The notes beneath the pieces are model-generated. The model worked only from the letters and a program-made list of their open reading frames with translations. It did no database searches and had not been told where the DNA came from. 64,000 bases of DNA, taken from positions 10,974,001 through 11,038,000 of the forward strand of contig CM120642.1 of assembly GCA_051362555.1 (NCBI GenBank), in the 5' to 3' direction. The position numbers and the translations under genes are program-made. Source of the stretch: Lingula anatina. Its lineage: Eukaryota > Animalia > Brachiopoda. Of this stretch, positions 1 to 13,500 are shown in pieces (the first letter of the stretch is position 1; every line of letters starts with the position of its first letter).

Positions 1-685
1 CCTTGCATCAGTGTTAAGCAACAAAGGGGTATCCTAAAAGTGTCTATCAATTTGTACTACAGAAAGCATCCCCTCCACCCAGTAAACCCACCCATGGAAC
101 CATCTGGATTGCCAAGACATACCCTCCCTGGCAGAATACAGTGCTCACTACTCTGAACCAGCTTTATAAGGTAAGGTATGGGGATCACCTAGTAAGTAGC
201 ATGGTCTTCTCTCACTGTACGATTTGGGGGTAACATACTCTGTAACAATGGTTACTCTCAGGGATTGTACTCTTAATATCAAGAGTAATTCTCCATGTTA
301 AGTTTTGGGGTTGCTTCACTTTATTCAGCATTGGCTTTAATGTTCTACCTTCTTTTCTAGATATTTGATTAAAGGTAGCACTCTCACTCATTCAGTTGTG
401 GCAGGAGAGAACTTATCAGTAATGTCACATATTCAACGAAACATTTGCTTTTTGACGAACAGTACTGGCTTCGTAAATGAGCAAAAATGTTCATTAGCTT
501 GGTTGTTGGATAAACATGAAAATTCTCAGACACAAGCCTAAAATTTTCCGTACCGTTAGCTTACGGCCAACCTGGTCGAAGGCCTTCATCAGACTGACGT
601 GAGTAGTTGTTCACACTCACTGACCGCTAGGTGACCGCTGGCTTCGTTTGAGTATGATTGTGAATTCACCATTTTTTATTGCAAG

Positions 686-2457
686 GCCCATGGCAATCAG
701 TTCCCAGAGAACAAGGAGATAGCTGCAGCATTCGGCAACAAACCTGAGCTGAAGAAGTACATGAAGAAAGTGATGCCTTTTGTACAGCTGGTCAAGGTTG
801 GTTAATTGCTTGATTGATAGTCTGAAGTTTTGGATTGATTAGTTTAATTTATGTATAAACACAGTATGAAGAACCTGCATAGATTTATACAAAATTAGAC
901 AAAGTATATCTGGTAACAGTTTGATCTTTCAGTTCTAGTTTCTTTGCAATGTAATAAGATGCAGATTCCGAACTAAAACTGTACCTTGACACCAAGTGTT
1001 AAACATTTGTGAAGTCCTTGCATCATGCACATGTCTTTGTGGTTGAGATTTGAAACCAAAGTTTTTTTTTCTTTAATACCAACCCAGTGGTTTATATAAA
1101 CTAAACTGAATAGGTTTGCTATGCCATGATGTAATGAAAAATAATAAATTTGAATAATGCTGTCAACAGCTTTTTAAATTGCCATTGTAGGAGGGCGTGG
1201 CACAGAAGGGAGTGGAAGCCATGAATCTGACCCTGGACTTTGATGAGAAGGCTGTACTGGAGGCAAACCTGACCTATCTAGTGTCCACTCTGGAGGTAGG
1301 GTATTTTTTTTTAAATCTTTATAGTAATTAGTATTGTATAGATTTTATTTACGTATTCTGATATCACATTATAGTTGTAAAGGTAACAAAATATATTGAA
1401 AGGATTGTACTTATAGGCATTTGTAATATTTACAGCTTGAAGGCCTGGAAGTGAAGTTTTCTACAGAGGCAAGTGAGAACAAGATAAAGGAAGAGAACTG
1501 TCCAGGAAAACCATTCCTGGTTTACTATTCTCAGGTAAATGTCCTATAGTTCTCACTGTAAGGAAGAAGGCATGGAGTCATTGTTCATTAAGGGTGATAG
1601 TAATTGAAATGAAATATTATGCAAAGGCTAAGATAACTTACCTTAATGTTTTTATTTATTGATTTCTTTGAGAATTGGTATATTATATATGAAAATGACA
1701 AATAATGTATCTTTAATGAAAATTTTGTAAAAAAAAACTTTTGTTATGAGACATCGGCAATTATTAATCAGACTAAATCAAATTTCTAAAGATTTTTTTT
1801 TAAATATCAGGTCATGTTACACTAGAGACTAGACAAATCTTTGAAGTTATTAATATTATTAGTTTTATTTATCCCTTTTCCAGCCCTCAGTGGCCATGAC
1901 TTTGGTAAACCCCCAGCCATGTAGCGGTCACTTTCAGATGACCATCCCCATTCTGGACAATGATACAACCAGCAAGATAGCACTTAGGGTAACCAAGATG
2001 GACAGACTGATTAAAGGTAGGCTGTGAATTTAAACACAAAATCGGTATGTTTTGTTAAAATGATAAAGAGAGAAAATGAACATTCCCTCAACCATTTTCA
2101 TAATTTTGAATTTGGATATATGGAATGTAATATGGTACAAGTGAAAAATGATGGCATATTTGCTTTTGCAAAGAATATAAAATAATTGCTGCCATAATAC
2201 AGTAAGCTTTTTATTGGCAGACAATATATGTACGCCTTTTTTTTTCAGATGCCAAAAAAGTGAAAATAATGAGGTACGAAGATCCAAACCTAGGACCACG
2301 ACAAATCCCTGTAATGGACCAGCCAATGAAAAATAAAATTGTAGTGCCTGACAATGCCATCTACAGGATAAATCTGGAAACACAGACTGTTAGTGTACAG
2401 GAGAATGGGAAGACAGTGGATGTCGGCTCACAGATGGCTTATATGGTTGATGACTGA
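686..2457 (+). CDS. LARS1: Cytosolic leucyl-tRNA synthetase, last 5 coding exons (partial; gene begins left of window)
   Basis: GT-AG exons 686-796, 1191-1295, 1436-1534, 1884-2016, 2249-2457 join in frame: ...FPENKEIAAAFGNKPELKKYMKKVMPFV...LDFDEKAVLEANLTYL...EENCPGKP...LVNPQPCSGHF...KIMRYEDPNLGPRQIP...AYMVDD*. This matches the metazoan LARS1 C-terminus. AATAAA at ~2824 and ~2844. Confidence 0.95.
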
Positions 2458-3378
2458 AAATTTACTGCTAATTAACTTCTTAAATTATTTTTGTGGAAAA
2501 ATGCAGCTCTCAATTTTCGACAGGAATTGTAATGAATTGACATTGTGAATATATTTATTAAAGTTTACAGCTGGATTGACTTAATTATGGTATGACTTTG
2601 AGTGTGCTAACGGCCTTACTCAATTATGCAATTGCATTTTTTCAGAAGTCAATTCTCCAATAGAAAAAAAACGATTTACTGAAAGTTTATACACTGTGCG
2701 ACCTTTGAAAGCATTAAATTAGAAAATAAGTTATCTTTGTTTTATTGATAAAGCTGTTTAAACTGAACTGCAATTTTTTGAGGTTACAGTATCAAAATTA
2801 TACGAAAAGTGCTTGGTTTGAATAATAAATTGTTTTTATTATGAATAAAACTATTTCTTCAATTTTATTTAAAGTTTGAAGACATCATCAATTTTATTTA
2901 AAGTTTGAAGACTGAACGTTGCACACCTGATAATGAGGTGCAGAGCGTTCACAAAATCCCGTCTTGTGTAAAGCCTAGTTGTAACATCTAGTCATTAAAA
3001 GATGCTGACTTTCCTGAATTTATGCCATGATCTTGAGAAGACCGAAAAAGAGGTGAAAACGGTTTTCTATAAAACCTGCCTCCGCCATTTATGCGGCGGT
3101 TAAAAGCTGAAGGAAAACGGTCACTCCTGTCCCCCAGTTCCGCCATATTTTCGACACATCTCACCAGGAAATTCTACTTGACTCTCCGGACAAAGTCGCA
3201 ATTAAACGGTTACTCTGATCAGTCCTTGCGTCAGACACTACCTTACATCGTGTTACTAGGTTTTGCTGATCAACTTTTCGAAATAAAAAAATTCATAAAC
3301 TTGCGTAAGCCGTTAATGCATGGGAGTCTCGAAACGGCTTAACGCAGCATTTATGAAGACTGATAGATTATAAAACCG

Positions 3379-3409
3379 AGGAGTTACAACAGTAACTGTT
3401 GTAACTCCT
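3379..3409. repeat. Perfect palindrome with 15-bp arms
   Basis: AGGAGTTACAACAGT-A-ACTGTTGTAACTCCT. Confidence 0.8.
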
Positions 3410-4674
3410 TGATAAAACTAAACTTAAACTTATCAAAGAGTTGTATTAGATACAGTTCTTTGGACTCTTGTTCAGTAAATGCCAACATGAAACATAAACC
3501 ACCAACCTGATTGTGCATGGACATTTTTTATTGTTCCAGAAAGCCAGCCCCGAGTATTTATTTCTCTCTGTTTATTGCACAGGAACCAGTTTTGTAGTGT
3601 TTAATTATGTCCATGTAATTTTTCTCCAATATTCTGGCTGTATGCGTGTATATAGTCGATTACCGGTGATTTATATTTAATGGGCAGACGAATGATTTCA
3701 CCAAGAGTCGATTTTTTTTCTCAAAACAAAGTAGTCCAACGCGCACCATTATTTTAAGTAATTTTAATTTGCAAAAATTGTGTGAACGTATGATATGACC
3801 CTTCACATTCTGACACTCCATAGAAAACCTTCAACATTTTAGTTCTCAAAGGAAAAAAGGCTTATACTAATAATTTCTTTAATGGGCACTTAAATGTAAG
3901 GAATTTACATTTCATAGATAGAGAATGTTGACCCGTTAAGTATCACGTCTTACGCCATTTGAGATGTTATCGTGACCAGTAATATTCCAGTCACACAATG
4001 ACCCCTTGGTAACGTAAACAATATACAACAATAGAGGGGCAAAATGGACAGGGAAAGAGTGCCCATGATATTATGGACATTACGTAATACTTTTATAGTA
4101 AATACCAACCAGCCAACATTGCGGCCATCTTGTACATGATTTAATCAGAATTTTTACATATTTAGCAGTGCTGAGAAGATAATCAGGTGAGTCTGAAGCT
4201 CTGAGACGTGCACATTTACTGGTTTTATTTGAGAGGAAAATAGTAGCAAATATTCAAGTTTTAACATTCTTAAAGTTTGAATATATTTGATTTGAAGAAT
4301 CGATCCAGGGACATCGATATTTTGGTCTGAACGCATTGATCAAAATCACCATTACATATTCATAGAAATAGAGGTCCAAGTTGATTTTATTATGTGACGT
4401 AGAACTGTGTGTGTGTGTCACACCAAGCAAAGCCTGGCGTTCGGCAGCATAGTGCTGTAGAAATCCCTGTAGTAAAAATTGTCACTTTTGTCACATAAAC
4501 ACCGTGTAAAGTAAGTCATGCAATATACATGTACTTTCAAACAGTATTTACACTTAATAATTTTACAAATTTGAAATTATTCAAAAATAAGTCTACGTAA
4601 ATATGTCACCTAGAGCCGTAACGCTGTGCTATTTTCAGGTATACCATTTTGCCACAGAGGCACTAGTCATCAAA

Positions 4675-5418
4675 ATGAAAGAGGTTAGTCAAGTTATTAT
4701 TCTTTACGTATTTGAAAGAACGGAGGACCTATGGAGATTGTAAAGTTATCTTAGTAAATGTTTATCGAGCAATAATGCTAGCTTTAAATTTCGAATCTTC
4801 ATTTAAGAAATAGAAAGCCGAAGCTGTTTTGTAAGGCGAACAAAGCAAATATTATAATCATAATTATAATCAATCATATATTGCATGGGTTTCTTTCAAA
4901 GGTTTTCTATCACCTCTGTTTGGTTGTGTTTCTGGTCCATGGTGGTCATCCTAAAGCCGTCTCGGACACAAGGTCTGAAGGGTTAGCTGAAGGTGGGTCG
5001 GGATTGAACTCCATGTAATAAAATTTGACTTGTAATGTTTTATTATTCATCAAAGTTCTTTGTTATGCAAATTTTTGTCTCATCAATGAATTTCAAATGA
5101 ATATAAAGTGTTTTGTAAATGATTTTTGTGAAGTCGTATATCACATGCTTTTCATTATGTGTCTGTCATCACGTGAACGTCAAATCCTTGTTTTCAGATG
5201 AGTTGGGAAAACTTTTAGCACTGAGAGAAAAATTTGCAAATGGCATTCAAACAGTGAAAGAAAAATCAAGCGATGAAGGTATGTGGCAGACAATGCAATC
5301 ATAACAATTTTGTAATATGTAATTATAGTCCTCTAGCTAGTGTTCTATAATAGTGGGTAGAAGATACGCACATGCTTTTTGTCTTAATAGCTTTTTTCAC
5401 ACACACACACGCACACAA

Positions 5419-5476
<58 letters not shown>

Positions 5477-7755
5477 CATTGTTTTTTCAGTTGCAAATGT
5501 CGTAGCGCTGCTGAGGAATGAAGTTGCTAAGGACCAAGAGCTAGAAAGACGAGCCGAGTATAAGCGCTATTTGGATTCTCTGAAAGAAGGAGGTAGGGTT
5601 GAATGTTAGGGTTGAAAGTAACATGAATGAAAATTTGAAGTACAACGATCCAAAAACTGAAATCTCTGACTATGTATTGTGTCCCTGTGTCTAGGTAACA
5701 CTAACAGTTCAAAACGAAAAAGTACATGTATTTTACCTCTCGACAACGACCCGAATAGCGGCCAGACATTTTCTTACGAGATGAAAAACGATTTTTTTTA
5801 TTCCAGACCTCCACGAAGGCGACATATTAGTTGACAAGGAGCTGCTAGCAATGCTTAGAGATGACGTCAGTGATGCACCAGCGGAGAAGAGACAGATGAC
5901 GTCACGGGCTAACAGGAAGTGGAGAAAGTCTGGTAATGATGTCATCATTCCTTATACCATGGCTGCTGGTAAGTTAACCCTGTCGGGGAAATGTGGCTAT
6001 AATAATTATAGGTAAATCCCTTTTATAAAGTTAACATACAATTGTACTTATATAGCTTGTAGTACCGGATGGTATTTAAGATTATCATACGCCTACTATA
6101 CACCTAACAGTACGACAAGTGTGTGTTTTGTGGGTTTTCTTTGTTCTTGAATCTAACTAATTTTGTTAAAACTACTCGGTTAACACCTCAAAATCGCCCA
6201 ATCCATTCCTTTCGTTGCAGGTGGTTCAGCCTCCTCTACGTTCCAATTGGCGATTAACAGTCTGAGCATGTTAACTTGTATCAAATTTCAACACAGAACA
6301 AACCATAGGGACTATATTAAAGTAACAGGGGATGGTAGCAGGTAATCAACATAAACAAAACAACTTGAAAGCTGAGAATTTTGCATAATTTAAGAACATC
6401 GAAAGTGTTTACAGAGAAGTGTAGAAGTGTATTATGTTCTGTTGTATGTGTACACATAAAGCATTGCGGTCTTACACATACATTGTAGCTGGAGAGCTGC
6501 ACGTAAACGCACACGTTAATGACGTTAATATCCAGAAACTGCATTATTAAAGTAACATAGGATTCAACATAACGTTTCAAGAAATAGAATATGTTACCAG
6601 AATTTGAATCACAATGCTTTCTTTATGCCTTCAGTTGCTTTTCGTCCTATGGTCGCCAAGGTGGCATGCAGACACTGAATCTTGGGAACGGATGCTACAG
6701 TAAAGGCACTGTGCTGCACGAAATACTTCATGCAATTGGATTTTTCCACGAACAAAGTCGACCTGACAGAGATAATTATGTCACGATTAATTATAGAAAT
6801 ATTAAATCCGGTAAGTAAAAGAAGTAAGCGTGCAGTTTGTATTTCCTATCATATTTTACAATTTTATATCTTAAAAATCGTTTTGCTAGCTGGTGTGAAT
6901 ATATTCTTGGTTGATAAATGTAAGTGGCGAAAATCTGACACAGAAGGTCATGTAATAAGCAAAACATTTGTACTTGTGGAGCGTGGTTTTATAAAGAAAA
7001 GTTCCCTTCTTCAATTTTTTTTTCATATTTAGGAATGTCAAGTCAATTTGCAAAGAAACGATCTTGGGAAGTAACAACCAAGGGCCAACCGTACGACTTC
7101 CAGTCTCTGATGCACTACAGAAATACTGAATTCAGCGCCAACGGACAGAAAACGATACAGGCAAAAGCCAACCCATCCATGACACTCGGGAATGACGACT
7201 TGTCTGCAACTGATGTCGACAAGATTAATTTGTTTTATGGATGTCCACAGGCTCGATGGAAAAGTAAATAATATAATATTGGAAAGCATTTTTGTATTCT
7301 GCTATTAAGATGTCCATAGTCAGATGCGAGCATGCACGATGAATCGTCTCTGCTACTCTGAGAAAAACAACACGCTATCTTCTAATCTATTATATCAATC
7401 CGATATTTCTTTTTGCCATTTCGTTCACATTTTATGCAATTCCATTTCAGTGGACGACTTTGTGATTCAGGTAAAGACCAGTTCTTCTTGGTTTTCTGGC
7501 ACCGATGCCAAGGTGTATATGGAATTGTTCTGGGCAGATGGCGTGAATTCTGGAGAATTCCCAGTCCAGGGAGAATTTGAGAGGTGGTCGTAAGTACAAA
7601 ATCGCACTCAGTTTCGTTTTGTTGAATGAAAATTGTAGTGGTAATCAGATTAATTTGACATGTTTTTTCAACAAGAGGACCACGGATAAAATCGTTTCCA
7701 AAAAATCACCGTGCAAATCTCTATTAAGCTTATAATAATAATAATAATAATAATA

Positions 7756-7791
<36 letters not shown>

Positions 7792-8421
7792 GGGATGATC
7801 TTGGCTTTCTCAAGTGTAATGATGTGCGTATAAGTTGCCGATCAATGACCAATAATGTACCGTTCGTTTTTCAAATTCTCTAAGATCAATCAATTAATTA
7901 ATTAATTTATTTATTTATTTATTGCAAAGTTATTAATTTCAATAATTATTTGCACCCAGCGTGGATACCATGGAGCTGTATTTGCCGAACGAGAGCAATC
8001 TGAGTAAGATAAATATTCGTCAAGATGGCACTGGTTTTGGCTCCGATTGGAAACTAGATAGGGTAAGGGCAAACAATTCTAAAAGATAAGTGGAAAAATA
8101 CCTATCAAAACAAAGATCAATATTTAACAAAAAAAATACGTTATAGGGAAGTAACAGAAATATTATAAATTCTGTTTTACCACCAAAAGGGAATCTGTGC
8201 TTGCCATCGGACCCCGTGACCTCCATAGATGAGTACCTTCGGTATTAATCCATTAAGACACGTGCAAAATGATATTTGTAAAATGCCAATTAATAAAGTT
8301 TTTTTTGTTTTGTTTTCAGGTGACAATAGAAGATAAAACCCGAAGTACAAGATATGAGTGTTATTGTGACTGCTGGCTGGACAACACTCTTGCCAAGACC
8401 ATCGTCTGTAACCGACTTTAA
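4675..8421 (+). CDS. Astacin-family (M12A) zinc metalloprotease with C-terminal PLAT/LH2 domain, copy A (11 coding exons)
   Basis: Exons 4675-4683, 4902-4992, 5198-5278, 5491-5592, 5807-5968, 6221-6341, 6635-6810, 7033-7263, 7451-7589, 7960-8062, 8320-8421 are phase-consistent. Signal peptide MKEVFYHLCLVVFLVHGG; pro-domain EGDI motif; EKR cleavage site; HEILHAIGFFHEQSRPDRD Zn motif; SLMHY Met-turn; PLAT-like FVIQVKTSSSWFSGTDAKVYMELF...FER...QDGTGFGSDWKLDRVTIED...CDCWL. Confidence 0.92.
5398..5474. repeat. (CA)n(TA)n compound microsatellite
   Basis: Read directly; lies in astacin A intron 3. Confidence 0.9.
7732..7791. repeat. (AAT)n(ATT)n self-complementary microsatellite
   Basis: Read directly; lies in astacin A intron 9. 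Confidence 0.9.
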
Positions 8422-10592
8422 GTAGCCTGGAGACCACCAATATTGTCCACCCAGGCTCAGTTTTCACTGTGATCGCTATACATTTTAGGGTAGTGGTCTT
8501 CTGGATTAACCGTCAAGCAAATTGTATTAGCTGATGTCTAAAAGTTCGCGAAGGTCTGTTTGTCTCAATTGTGTTAGGTGGTCCTGTTGAGACTCGGAAA
8601 ATCTCAGATTGTGTTGTCCAGTTGCTTGGTTACAAATGGTTTTCCAAGACCATGTGCATAGCACTCTCTGTTAGAGGTATTTTATCTTTAGTGCCCTTAC
8701 GCAATTTATTCCTACGTAGCAGTGTTTGTGTTTTTCCTATTCAATCCGTTTAATATTGTGCAATTTCATAGTGCGGTGGCTTTTAACTTTAATACTATTC
8801 ATGTATGTGTTTATGCTCAAAAGATGTTTCCGTCCCATGCAGTTATTTTAGACACACGCATCTCAGAGGCACACTGTCGATTTGCTTTAACTTTAAGAAA
8901 ACTTAAATATACTTTATTTGAATATCAACTTTATGTATCTAAATATTGATGATGTCTTCCCTTTTCTGAAAAATGTGTGGGTAAAATAAGTTATTTTTTT
9001 ACTTGAGCCTTCCGCCTACACAATACATTTATACAGGACACAATCTTTAGAATCCATCCATTGGTTTACATTTACATTGGTTTACTTTTTCAAGTTTAGA
9101 TTTTTGTACCGTGTAATCTTTATGAATAAAAGGATAAGAAAATATCTAGATCTTCCGACAGAATTCGAGCAAATCTGTGTTCTAAGTTACTCATTTTCGA
9201 GACACTCAAAATGACTGATGAACTTCACTCGTGATATCAAAAGCTGGGTATACATTTGGTTTATTAAAAGACCATAATTTTCTCAATGTTTTTTTTTTAT
9301 ACCTCAATGATATCCAGGAAAATTTATTTAATGATATATCTAGGCTTAACCAAGCACTGTATGCCTTTAAAATAAAAAAGTGCAAGTTATAAAGTTCACT
9401 GATCACCTTTGTGTGTTTGTATCTAATGGTGCTAGTGAACGTGAAGTATAGTGGAGGGGGGCGGGTGACAGGGACAAGCCAGTTCTCTGGTCGGCTTCAC
9501 AAAAAAAAAAAGTTAAAACACCATCGGTATACAAAGGTCAACCCAACCCTGTGAGAACTCTTTCTGAGAGCAACCAGCTTAACTGAATAACATGCCTCCT
9601 CTAGTTACCAACGTACTCGAATAATCACCATTGATTCCACTAAAGCACAACAGCTACTGGACTGAGATACCAGCCACGTCTTTCTTTTTATGAAATATAC
9701 AATATTTTATGTTAATTACTATCTACATAACTTATGTCACAGAAAACTAAAATAGTTGGTCTTTAAAGGCCACTTTTATGTCTAAAGGCCATAAACACAC
9801 TAAAAATTATCAATCTATCTATCCTTTGATTGACAGCTATTATTACCCTTGTTAAAATAAGACCTTTTATTATCAGTACATATCCAAGAGATAACAACTA
9901 GTAAAATTATACATTTTAACGCATGATAATAACATCGAACGTTTAAAACCTAGTTGCACCGGTTTATAATTGCTGACCTTCTTTGCATTGTTTGGCATAT
10001 AGAGATTCTAGTTTCATAAGAATCTTGAAATATTCCTTTGAAGAACTAAAAACGGTTAAAATCTACTTCTAAATACATGTACTTTTAAACAATTAAACTG
10101 CAATTTTAACTCAACAAAGAAAATAAAATTACAATTAACTGTAATAAAAGACAGCAAAGTATCAACATACGTTATTCTTTTCAAAAGCGCGATAAGATTT
10201 AATAAAATATGACTGATATATATACATTTAAAATCGTTATAAATTCACATTTCGTAGTCAAAATTCCGTTCGGTTACATGTCATTTTTATTGTCATTAAC
10301 TGGTCGTTAATGTAACGTACATTTTTTGACTGCGAACTGTATATTTTCAAAATTTATAACTCAAATCTAAAGACAAAGTGGGCAATTATGTAGCAAAAAA
10401 TACCACATAATACGAATTTGATCTCTTTTTGGATATTTTCCCCTTAATAACCAATTGGTATTTCTTTATCAGTAAATCTTACAATTATCCTCTGATCACT
10501 TAAGAGAATTAATGTGCTTATTTATAAAACATTTAACTTCAAAATAAATGATGGTGCTAGTATACAAATATTACATCTAAATGGAATACAGA

Positions 10593-13500
10593 TCAATATC
10601 CTCGCATTCCCAAGCTTCTCATATTAGCAAAGCTCGCTCGTTGTCTCTTGCTTGCGTCTAATGACTGTCTGTTCTCTTTGGCGCGCGGGTCAAGGCATCG
10701 ACACAAGTCGCCGCAGAGCAAGGGGCGGTTCATGACAAACCCGCCTTCGACAGTGGACGGACAACAGTCTCCGCCGTCCCAATTGCAGTGCTCTCGGTTG
10801 TTTTCTGGATCACAGTATCTGTTACCAACACTGAACTGAAATCGAAAGTAAATTGCTACATGTTTTTTGAACCATGAAGTAATTCAAGTTTCTAAACTGT
10901 AATTAAAACTAAAGCATAATGTAATGGAAGTATTAGGATCATTAAAAGGTGCAAGGAGGGCCTTTCAAAGGCAGGTAAATCACAGTTTCTTGTTCCCTTT
11001 CAACGGATACGAGTAAAAAATCATTTTTCGCCAAAGGACACAATTACGCAATCATAAATACAAAATTCCTTTACATGGTTTAATCCCCGCTGACAAAGCA
11101 CCATTGCAATGACTGAACACATAAACACTTACCAATAGACACTGCTCCATGCACCTAATAGTGGTAATCTCAGGTTGCCATGTCAACCCTCCAGTGCACG
11201 TTAACGTCCGAACGACATTTCTCTCACCAATATATCCCTCCAAATGGCGCTGTGGCTTACCCAGGAGCACAGGGTCGTGGTACAGCCCTTTGCATGACAC
11301 GTTGCACGTGGAACCTGCAAGATATTTGACTCCATACAAGCAGGACATAAATGCAAATCGATATTGTAAAAGGTTGTTTGGGCTGTTAATGCCTGTTATT
11401 ATACAGTACATTGTCAATGCGATGCCAAAACGAAAACAAAAATTCAACATAAACAAGAACCGTCAAAAATTGAGGATATTCAATGAAAGAAACATAAAAC
11501 ATAATTCTCTCATAGAAATAAATGCAACAAGTAATGAGACGTATGTAGAGCGGGCCGCAATTTTTAATACTTACCAACTGAAGTCCCGTTACAGAAAATG
11601 TCCAGCTGGTCATCTACAGGCATTGGGCAGTGACCGGCAATGGTCGTACAAGGGGCAAAATCCTTGTCCCAATGTCCAGTATTCTGGCATGTTATAGTGG
11701 ACGTCATCTAGATCGAAAATTAGACTGCAGTTTTGAAGTTGGCACTTATCGTATAAATCCATTTTAACTTCTTAAAAAAAATATTGAGTTGAAACTATCA
11801 CATGCTATCTCTGATGCTCATGCACGGCTGACAGACCCGTAGCCAGCAATTTCAAAAGGGTGGGGGTGGGGGTGGGGTCTTTTTTCTAAAAAAAAGTGGA
11901 CATTTTCCCTTATGAAACCTTCGTGCACTTAGATATAATTTTACCCAGAAGGGACCTCTGGTTCTTTCGACCCCCCACCCCCACCCCCCTGGCTACAGAC
12001 CTGGCTGATGACGTCAACTAGGCGTACTATTAAGCTGTCTATTAAATATGCATTTACCAGTATGAAATGTGTACATCAATACTTATACAAAAAACAAAAA
12101 ACAAAAAACAATACCGCAAAACGCTGTAGTTAAACAACGTGCTGTACTACTATAGTAGTGTTCTTGAAAATTTACATTAAACCTTCATTATTTCCTGAAA
12201 TATGCGGACTTTGATCCCTGCTTACAACGTATATGGAAAAATATAGGAAAATGGTAAAAGTATTAAAAATCGGCCATGCTCACAACAGCCACCACAGTCG
12301 TGAATCAAGCACTAATATCAGTCAGAACAATTGTTTAAGTTAAATCGCCTGTTACAAGTCAAAGAAATCCATTCAAAGGTTATTTTCCGATAGACAAATT
12401 CAAGTGAGAGATGAGAGCTCTAAAAAATATACCGGTAGAACATGCATGACGGCAATCGAGAAGTGTTACATCTACAGTACGTTCACATAATCTGTGAGAG
12501 CATGCTGTCCTCTGCGCTATACTGGTAAGTCGTAGCTGAACCAGCGACCGCAAAATAAAACTACGTAAAAGCAATTGCAATACAAGAGACAAGCAAACAT
12601 CCAACTACCGCTAGCATAAAAATCCTTAGGACTTGCAACTTACTACATGGGACCGTCGAGAAAAATATCCCAGAAACGTGGAGACTAGTCTGGATGTACG
12701 TCCCGTCCATGAAGGTCTTGGCTGATAAATTTAGTGGAAAAAACATCTGTCAAACGAGTTGTTGGCTTACTTTGTATCTCAACAGTCTTAGAAAATAGAG
12801 AAAGGTGGATTCCCTTAAGCTTAGAATAACTCATATTTTCACACGTGTAATTGCTATGATACTAATTTAAAACTTTTGTAAAAACTTCGGATCATGATAC
12901 ATAAGCAAATGCAGCTGTAATATATAACGCGTGGGAATATTCAAGTCAGCTTATGAATGTAATTCATGTATAAAAATATGGGGAATTAATTTTATCATGT
13001 TGGTTGGTGCGAGTCAGTTCATCTTTAGGCATCGAAAAACACTGCAATTTAAACAGTACTTTTGAAACGATATCAGCATAACCTCACGACTATTTGAGTC
13101 TTCGGGAATTGATAATTTCATTATACCTGATTGTATTGCTTGACAATGTGTTAATATTCCTGATTAAACATCCGTTAATTAAAAAACAGTAGGCATTTCA
13201 CATACAACTTCAAGTGGAGTTGACACAATTAATGCAGAGCGACCGAGATTCGACAGAATATTTGTGAGTATTCTAATGTATAAGTAACATCAAGACAAAA
13301 CAATAAGACAGTTCAAGATCGTGTTAATTTGATGCTGAAATAGGTTAAAAGTTTTTTTCCTGAAATAACCGTGCAGTTAAAACACATTAGTCAGTTTAGG
13401 ATAAGATATCATTTGGCTACCACAGACATACACATCAACCACGACATTTCCGACCATCCAGGTAGTTTATCACCGAGTATTGAATGAATAAGATACGATA

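Noticed and set aside
11149-11697. 182-aa + strand ORF and other ORFs antisense to exons (e.g. 59858-60292, 55273-55815, 34070-34557)
   Set aside because: Shadow frames opposite real coding exons, with no motifs or splice support.
12561-12746. Minus-strand ORF after a CAG ending in a hydrophobic tail, a possible membrane-anchored alternative last exon of pappalysin
   Set aside because: Weak polypyrimidine tract, and it would cut CCP4 in half; probably chance unless junction reads 13613/12746 exist.
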